Below are positions 26,465 to 32,000 of a DNA stretch of 32,000 nucleotides, in pieces (the first letter of the stretch is position 1; each line of letters opens with the position of its first letter). Made by a program: the position numbers and the translations under genes. The DNA is from Methanococcus maripaludis (GTDB lineage: Archaea > AGJL01 > Methanococci > Methanococcales > Methanococcaceae): NCBI RefSeq assembly GCF_002945325.1, contig NZ_CP026606.1, forward strand, positions 1,530,001 through 1,562,000. The letters run 5' to 3'. Below the pieces are notes generated by a model that saw only the letters and a program-made list of their open reading frames with translations, was not told the origin of the DNA and did no database searches.

Positions 26465-29089
26465 TTATTCCTCAAGCGAAATTCCCTTTTCGTATTCAAT
26501 CATTTTGATAACCATCTGGTGGAACTCTTTTAAAAGTTGGTTTTTGTTTTCTGCAAGAACTGAATCGCTCGCAGTAAGTGTTGCGATTCCAAAGCTCATT
26601 GGAGTTGGAATTGGAACTTCGATTACATTAATTTTTAATTTTCCGTTTCTAATTTCGCCCAGAACTTCACGAATATTGTCAAGTTCAAGTGAATCTTCAA
26701 TAATTTCCCGCAGTGTTTCTTCAAGTGGCGCAAATCTGTCAAGGCTTTTTGCGTAGCTTATTAAAATATCCGCACTAACCTGCTGTTTTTTTGCAGATTT
26801 TTTATGCCCAATATAATTTCTCAAAATCATGAGGCTTCTTGTTGCATTTATCCTGAACATTCTTTTTAACAGGTTTGTTCCATCAAGAGCCTGTTTTAAT
26901 ACATCTTTTATATTTTCTGGAGTTAATGATCGAACTGCACTTTCAATATCGACTTTTTGATTTTTTGCAAATTCTAATGAAAATCCTGTATCCGAAATAC
27001 TTACCAAAACTCCAAGTTTGTACTGTTTACTCAAGGCATAAGCCACAGCTCTGCTAAATCCATCGTTAAATTTCCTTCCATAATTGCTGTGGAAATAGTA
27101 GTGCATTTTTTTGTCGAAAATATGGCCTTCTACAACCATTTTATTTAATGTGCTGACGCTATCGTTTCCTTTGTATAATATCTGTTCATTAAAAAGCCCG
27201 TAGAGACTTTTCGTAGCATTTGAATCAAGCGGATATTCATTCAAAAGGTCAAGAAGTCTACCTGCGTTGTATTTTGAAACAGCTTCTTTTTTAAAAAGAA
27301 GGATATTTCTTCCAAGGTCGTAGCTTAAAGGCAGTCTTTCGGAGTACCAGCTAGGAATATTTGGCCTTTCGCTTGTTTTATCGACATAAACTTTACTTCC
27401 ACGCCGGTATTGAAATTTAAGATGTTCTCCACCAAGTGTAAATACATCGCCCTTTTCAAGCCGGTCTAAATACTGCTCATCAAGTTTTCCAATCCAAATC
27501 GTGGTCCCCCTAAGATAAACGTCACAACTGAAATCGTCCGGAATTGTACCAATATTCATGTAATAAATTGCTCTTGCAGTTTTTCCGGTTTTTCCAATCA
27601 TTTGAGTGTCTGGGTCGTACCATATTTTTGAATATATCCTTTTTTCATCCATTCCTGCGTATGATGCAGTCATGTAATTTAAAAGGATTTTAAACTCCTC
27701 ATCAGTAATATCGTGGTAATTATAGCTTCTTCTAACAATATTTTTTACTCTTTCAAGTTCAATATATCCGTTAATCGCAATCCCATAAATATGCTGTATC
27801 AAAACGTCAAGCGGGCCTTTTGGAATGTGTACTTTATCGATAAATCCATCCATCGCTTTTTTTAGCATTACGGCACATTCTAAAAGTTCATCTCGGTCAA
27901 GTGCAATTATTCTGCCCTTTGCAACTTTTCCAATTCCGTGTCCTGCCCGCCCAATTCTTTGAAGCATTGTTTTAACACTTTTTGGGCTTCCAATCTGTAC
28001 AACGAGGTCGATATATGGCATATCAATTCCAAGTTCAAGACTGCTGCTAGTTGTAGCAAATTTAAGATTTCCGCTTTTTAACTTTTCTTCGAGTTCAAGC
28101 CTTTTTTCTTTGGATAAACTTCCGTGATGGCATCCGCTATTTGTTTCATCGTACTTTTCAGGATAACGCTTTCTAAGATTGTATAATACCCTTTCAGCAC
28201 CGCCTCTTGTATTTGTAAATATGAGGGTATTTTCATGAGTCTGGATCAATCTATCGAGTTTTTCGTAGAGTTTTTCAGAAATTTCTTTTGGAGTTTTATT
28301 TATTAAATCATCAACTGGACACAGTAATTTTAAATCATAGCTTCTGACAAACCTTGTATCGACAATTTCAACGGGCCTTTTGTATCCATCGTCATAGTAT
28401 CCCCCAAGGTAATCTGCAACCATTTCTAATGGTTCAACTGTTGCACTGCATCCAATTCTTAAGAATTCCTGATTAGTAATTTCTCGAAGTCTTTCAAGGC
28501 TTATACTTAAATGAACTCCCCTTTTATTGTCTGCAAGTGCGTGGATTTCATCAATAATTACCCACTGAACTGTTTTTAATTTTTCTTTAAATTTTGGGGA
28601 ATTTAATATGATTGCAAGCGTTTCTGGAGTTGTATTTAAAATATGGGGTGTTTTTTTAAGCATTTTTGATTTTTCATAGTTTGAAGTATCCCCATGTCTT
28701 ATTGCATGTCTAATTCCAGTAATTTCATTTCCTTCTTCTTTTAAAATTTCTTTGATTTCAGTTAATGGTTCATCCAAATTTACGTGGATGTCGTTTGCAA
28801 GGCTTTTTAACGGGCTGATGTATAAGCAATAGATACTATTTTGTAGTCCTTCTTCTTTTTCAATTCTAAAAAGTTCGTTTATAATTGCAATAAAACTGCT
28901 GAGTGTTTTTCCACTTCCTGTTGGACTGCAAATTAACGTATTTCTTCCAAAATGTATCTTTGGAATTGCAAGTCTTTGAGGGGGGGTAAAATATCCATTA
29001 TTGATTGATTTATAGGCTTCAAACTTATTTAACCACCACTTTTTAACTGCAGGTTCAAATAAATCTAATATTTCCCCATCATTTTTCAA
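26465..29089 (-). CDS. lhr: Lhr-type superfamily 2 DNA helicase
   Basis: 874 aa; motif I SPTGSGKT, motif II DEIH, motif VI QRIGRAGH, followed by a long Lhr-like C-terminal extension. TTG start at 29089 (no in-frame ATG near the conserved N-terminus). Confidence 0.85.
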   Translation of the reverse strand: MKNDGEILDLFEPAVKKWWLNKFEAYKSINNGYFTPPQRLAIPKIHFGRNTLICSPTGSGKTLSSFIAIINELFRIEKEEGLQNSIYCLYISPLKSLANDIHVNLDEPLTEIKEILKEEGNEITGIRHAIRHGDTSNYEKSKMLKKTPHILNTTPETLAIILNSPKFKEKLKTVQWVIIDEIHALADNKRGVHLSISLERLREITNQEFLRIGCSATVEPLEMVADYLGGYYDDGYKRPVEIVDTRFVRSYDLKLLCPVDDLINKTPKEISEKLYEKLDRLIQTHENTLIFTNTRGGAERVLYNLRKRYPEKYDETNSGCHHGSLSKEKRLELEEKLKSGNLKFATTSSSLELGIDMPYIDLVVQIGSPKSVKTMLQRIGRAGHGIGKVAKGRIIALDRDELLECAVMLKKAMDGFIDKVHIPKGPLDVLIQHIYGIAINGYIELERVKNIVRRSYNYHDITDEEFKILLNYMTASYAGMDEKRIYSKIWYDPDTQMIGKTGKTARAIYYMNIGTIPDDFSCDVYLRGTTIWIGKLDEQYLDRLEKGDVFTLGGEHLKFQYRRGSKVYVDKTSERPNIPSWYSERLPLSYDLGRNILLFKKEAVSKYNAGRLLDLLNEYPLDSNATKSLYGLFNEQILYKGNDSVSTLNKMVVEGHIFDKKMHYYFHSNYGRKFNDGFSRAVAYALSKQYKLGVLVSISDTGFSLEFAKNQKVDIESAVRSLTPENIKDVLKQALDGTNLLKRMFRINATRSLMILRNYIGHKKSAKKQQVSADILISYAKSLDRFAPLEETLREIIEDSLELDNIREVLGEIRNGKLKINVIEVPIPTPMSFGIATLTASDSVLAENKNQLLKEFHQMVIKMIEYEKGISLEE

Positions 29090-29296
29090 CCCAAATGGAT
29101 ATTCTGGATTTTTTAAATTTTTTGAAGTAGTTGATTGGATAATATCACCGTAAAAATATGGTGTAAATCTGTAAATTTTTAAGTCTAATTTTTAAATTTG
29201 GAGGGTTTTAAAATTGATCTGAAAATAACTATTGACAAAAGTGTTTTGAAATATTGTTATATGTATTTTTGGATTCATTAAAAAAGTTGAATGAAA

Positions 29297-29542
29297 TCAC
29301 TGGAATTTTTCTTTTAATTTGTTTAACTGCTTTTCAAGAATATGCCTTTTCAAATTAACCTGTATTGCACCAACAGGGCATGCTGCAACGCAAATTTTAC
29401 AGTTGTGACAATCTGAAACATCAAATGCATAATATTTTCCGTCTTTATCTTTTTTATAAATTCTAGGGCCTTTTGGACACTTATCGTAACATTTACCGCA
29501 ACCAGTGCATTTTTCCTTATCAACGATAATTTCTACAGTCAT
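29297..29542 (-). CDS. 2x[4Fe-4S] ferredoxin-domain protein
   Basis: CTGCGKCYDKCP and CHNCKICVAACP motifs; Lys-rich helical C-terminal tail. ATG 29542 (MTVEIIVDKEKC) preferred over the upstream-extended track start at 29602. Confidence 0.7.
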   Translation of the reverse strand: MTVEIIVDKEKCTGCGKCYDKCPKGPRIYKKDKDGKYYAFDVSDCHNCKICVAACPVGAIQVNLKRHILEKQLNKLKEKFQ

Positions 29543-29717
29543 AACTCTCACGTTTGAAATTTTCTGAATTTTAACAGATTTAGTTCTAATTAATAATGGC
29601 ATTGAAATATATTTAACACTATCCTTCCTAAAATCGTCAAAATATCTAAAAATAGTTCAGAAAACGTCCCCCTAGGGAATATGGTTTTTTAAATTAACTT
29701 AAAAAAATGAAAAATAA

Positions 29718-30341
29718 TTATTTTATGTGTTTTTTAATTAGTTCATTCATGTTTTCCGCAGATTTTAAAATGTTTTCTGCACCAACAATTGCTGAAACAA
29801 CAGCAACACCCGATACACCGCATTTTAATACATTTTCAACGTTTGAATGATTAATGCCGCCAATTGCAACAATTGGGAGTTTGGCAATTTTTGAAATGTT
29901 TTTTAATCCATTAATTCCTAAGTCTCTTGCATCAAGTTTAGTGTTTGTCGAATAAACCGCACCAACTCCTAAATAATCAGCACCTTCTGATTCTGCAGTT
30001 TTCATCTCATCGAGGTTGTATGCGGACGCTCCAATTATTAAATTAGGTGCAATTTCTTTAATTTTTGAAACAGGCATATCATCAATTCCAACGTGGATTC
30101 CATCAGCATTTACGGCCTGTGCTACATCGAGCCTGTCGTTTACAAAAAACAAGGCATCGTATTCAGAAGTTAATTTTCTGAGTTTATTTCCAACTTCAAT
30201 CATTTTACGAGTATTTGAAGTTTTCATTCGAAGTTGGATTGAAGTAGCACCCCCTTTTAGGGATTCTTCAACAGATATAACTTCATCTGAATAATTACTG
30301 TCAGTTATTACGTAAAATTTTAATTTATCCTTAAATTTCAA
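29718..30341 (-). CDS. thiE: Thiamine-phosphate synthase
   Basis: 207 aa TIM-barrel pattern: YVITD, IQLR.K, FVNDRLDVA, DGIHVG, GAS, YLGVGAVY.T.TK, VAIGGI. TTG start at 30341 with GGTGA RBS, overlapping the thiM stop by 11 nt. Confidence 0.9.
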   Translation of the reverse strand: MKFKDKLKFYVITDSNYSDEVISVEESLKGGATSIQLRMKTSNTRKMIEVGNKLRKLTSEYDALFFVNDRLDVAQAVNADGIHVGIDDMPVSKIKEIAPNLIIGASAYNLDEMKTAESEGADYLGVGAVYSTNTKLDARDLGINGLKNISKIAKLPIVAIGGINHSNVENVLKCGVSGVAVVSAIVGAENILKSAENMNELIKKHIK

Positions 30342-31131
30342 ATTTATTCACCTTAGCTTTTTCTAAAACTAATTTTTCATCGATTCTGTATAGCCAGTCG
30401 TATACTTTTGCCTGAAATGTTCCTGGATACGGTGCTTCATTAAATGCCATTTCAGCAGAAATTCCGTAAACTACAAGTCCGCTTACCGCAGCTTTCAGTG
30501 GATCATCGACTGCGGAAAATGCACCAATAATTGATGTAGTTGCACAGCCAGTTCCAGTAACTTTTGAAAGCATGGAATGCCCATTTGAAATTGCATAAAT
30601 TTCTTTTCCATTGCTTACATGATCAACCGGGCCAGTTACTGCTGAAACCGTGTTGAATTCTTTTGCAGCATTTTTAGAAAGTTCGATAGCTTCGTTGTTA
30701 TCGTATGCAGCACTATCTACTCCTCTTGTTTTTCCGTGTTCCCCTAAAACTGCGGCAATTTCACCAAAATTTCCCCTTAAAACTGAAATATCTGCAAAGT
30801 CGAGTATTTTTAAAGCTGTTTTTGTTCTTAATTTGGTAGCTCCTGCACCCACTGGATCGAGAATTATTGGTTTTTTAAGGTCACTTGCAATTTTTGCAGC
30901 TTTTTCCATTGATGGAATCCAGTATTCGTCAAGAGTTCCAATGTTTACTACTAATGCGCTTGCAATTGAAACCATTTCTTCTAATTCATCTATTGCATGG
31001 GCCATTACTGGAGAAGCACCAAGTGCCAAAAGTGAATTTGCAGTAGAGTTCATTACCACGTAATTTGTAATGTTTTGAACGAGCGGGTTTGTTTCCCTTA
31101 ATTTTGTAAGATTTTTTGCTACAAAGTCCAT
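30331..31131 (-). CDS. thiM: Hydroxyethylthiazole kinase
   Basis: NPLVQNITNYVVMN...ANSLLALGASPVMA, LVVNIGTL, ILDPVGAGAT, VTGTGC motifs. GGTGA RBS before ATG 31131; the track start at 31191 is an extension. Confidence 0.9.
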   Translation of the reverse strand: MDFVAKNLTKLRETNPLVQNITNYVVMNSTANSLLALGASPVMAHAIDELEEMVSIASALVVNIGTLDEYWIPSMEKAAKIASDLKKPIILDPVGAGATKLRTKTALKILDFADISVLRGNFGEIAAVLGEHGKTRGVDSAAYDNNEAIELSKNAAKEFNTVSAVTGPVDHVSNGKEIYAISNGHSMLSKVTGTGCATTSIIGAFSAVDDPLKAAVSGLVVYGISAEMAFNEAPYPGTFQAKVYDWLYRIDEKLVLEKAKVNKFEI

Positions 31132-31175
31132 TTTTTCACCGATTTTCACCAAATTATCATTTAATAAAAACATCC

Positions 31176-31186
31176 ATATATTTAAA
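31176..31186 (-). promoter_or_regulatory. Candidate TATA box for the thiM-thiE operon
   Basis: Minus strand reads TTTAAATATAT about 50 nt upstream of ATG 31131, a spacing compatible with archaeal TATA, TSS and a short SD-containing leader. Not otherwise supported. Confidence 0.3.
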
Positions 31187-31335
31187 AACATGCCGGTAAA
31201 AAAGTTTCCGAAAAAATTATAAATTTGTCAGATATCTATCATAATTATAAAGTATAACGTATATATATAGGTTGATATCAATATAAAAAACGATGAAATA
31301 AGGATGTTTTTATTATAAATAAACCGGTGAAAACA

Positions 31336-31758
31336 ATGGATGAAAAAGACATGAAAATACTCGACTTTTTAATAACTGATGGAAGAAAACCTTTTACTGA
31401 GATTGCAAAGGAATTAAAGACAAGTGAAAGTTCAGTTAGAAAAAGAGTTAAGAAAATGGAAGAAGAAGGGGTTATAAAAGGATACTCAGTAATGGTCGAC
31501 ACTCCAAAGATGGGGTACAATGTTGTTGCACAAACCGGATTTGATACAAACCCTGAAGATTTTTTAGCGGTTGCACAGGAACTCTGTAAATTTGAAGAAG
31601 TAAAAAAGGTCTTTACTTCAACAGGGGATCACATGATAATGACTGAAATCTGGGCGAAAGATGGAAAAGAACTTTCAGAAATTATATTTAATAAAATTGG
31701 AAAAATTAAGGGAATTAAAAAGGTCTGCCCAGCAATTATTTTAGAACAGTTGAAATAA
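31336..31758 (+). CDS. Lrp/AsnC-family transcriptional regulator
   Basis: [50 protein letters not shown] (wHTH) followed by a RAM/ACT-like ligand domain. GGTGA RBS before ATG 31336. Confidence 0.85.
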   Translation: MDEKDMKILDFLITDGRKPFTEIAKELKTSESSVRKRVKKMEEEGVIKGYSVMVDTPKMGYNVVAQTGFDTNPEDFLAVAQELCKFEEVKKVFTSTGDHMIMTEIWAKDGKELSEIIFNKIGKIKGIKKVCPAIILEQLK

Positions 31759-31766
31759 ACAACTTA

Positions 31767-31778
31767 TTTTGATCAACT
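31767..31778 (+). repeat. 12-nt direct repeat TTTTGATCAACT, copy 1
   Basis: Exact match to 31925-31936. Each copy lies downstream of one copy of the lrp 3' end. Confidence 0.7.
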
Positions 31779-31786
31779 TTCACTCG

Positions 31787-31830
31787 CAAATTTTCAATTT
31801 GTGGTGCCGACAAATCTTTGATTTGTACGG
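31787..31830 (+). other. Two adjacent hairpins downstream of lrp
   Basis: CAAATT-TTC-AATTTG (31787-31801) and CCG-ACAAATC-TTT-GATTTGT-A-CGG (31807-31830), followed by TTTAAAA. Possible terminator or small structured RNA; function unknown. Confidence 0.3.
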
Positions 31831-31845
31831 TTTAAAAGGTTGAAA

Positions 31846-31881
31846 GTATGTCCTGCAATTATATTGGAGCAATTAAAATAA
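31846..31881 (+). pseudogene. Relic second copy of the lrp 3' end (encodes [11 protein letters not shown]-stop, no start codon)
   Basis: GTA TGT CCT GCA ATT ATA TTG GAG CAA TTA AAA TAA encodes the same 11 residues plus stop as lrp 31723-31758. The frame is closed by TGA at 31819-31821. Confidence 0.6.
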
Positions 31882-31924
31882 TTATTTTAAAATTTTATTA
31901 ATTTTTTAAAAAATATAAAAAAAG

Positions 31925-31936
31925 TTTTGATCAACT
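31925..31936 (+). repeat. 12-nt direct repeat TTTTGATCAACT, copy 2
   Basis: Exact match to 31767-31778. Confidence 0.7.
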
Positions 31937-31957
31937 GTTTAAAAAAGATTAAAAGAA

Positions 31958-32000
31958 TTATTTAAAGTATCTATCTAAAATTCCTTTTAACATTTTAGCG
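31958..32000 (-). CDS. 3' end of an unidentified convergent gene (last 14 codons only)
   Basis: Minus strand reads ...AKMLKGILDRYFK-stop (TAA = complement of 31958-31960). Too short to identify or to prove coding. Confidence 0.25.
   Translation of the reverse strand, partial: AKMLKGILDRYFK

Noticed and set aside
10899-31191. N-terminal extensions in several track ORFs (copZ to 11192, isf to 8565, fprA to 12755, rubredoxin-like to 13367, leuC to 21442, Sm from 21535, purF from 22205, ferredoxin to 29602, thiM to 31191, lrp from 31327, DPSL from 3394)
   Set aside because: In each case a strong SD (GGTGA/AGGTG/GGAGG) sits 4-7 nt before an internal ATG. The upstream start either lies inside that SD or adds a non-conserved hydrophobic or odd leader. 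I therefore used the shorter models.
31192-31335. Possible TPP (THI-box) riboswitch upstream of thiM-thiE
   Set aside because: Neither strand of the thiM/lrp divergent region contains the conserved CUGAGA ... ACCUGAUCUGGAUAAUGCCAGCG-type core. The region is almost pure AT with TATA-like elements only.
1-32000. Search for tRNA, rRNA, CRISPR arrays, IS elements, integrases, toxin-antitoxin or known defence genes
   Set aside because: There are no GC-rich structured intergenic segments, no regularly spaced repeats, and no transposase, integrase, nuclease-NTPase or other defence-like ORFs. All intergenic regions are short and AT-rich. The window appears to be core chromosome.

Overview
AT-rich (about one-third GC) chromosomal window. 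Gene content is typical of a hydrogenotrophic Methanococcus (Methanococcales): HdrB/HdrC, a stand-alone energy-converting hydrogenase large subunit, F420H2-oxidase-type flavodiiron protein, archaeal Sm + L37e pair. I call about 40 protein genes, nearly all preceded by a GGTGA/GGAGG-type Shine-Dalgarno site. At least five use TTG starts. I found no rRNA, tRNA, CRISPR array, transposase, integrase or recognisable defence system. Positions 1.6-16.4 kb hold mostly redox-stress and metal-homeostasis genes: peroxiredoxin, ZIP transporter, Dps-like ferritin, isf-afpA-sufC-sufB, cutA-copZ-copA, and a ten-gene tightly packed minus-strand run from hdrC to cutA. The rest is housekeeping: leuC-type dehydratase, Sm, L37e, purF, minD, uppP, lhr plus metallophosphoesterase, thiM-thiE, lrp. 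The most unusual observations are: (1) an orphan two-gene corrinoid protein + MtaA-family methyltransferase module in a non-methylotrophic lineage, with the corrinoid gene split by a one-base frameshift in an A-run; (2) HdrCB apparently co-transcribed with O2/ROS detoxification genes and three small uncharacterised proteins; (3) flavoproteins translationally coupled to SufCB; (4) a relic second copy of the lrp 3' end differing only at synonymous sites. All functional calls come from motif and family recognition by eye. No database search was run.
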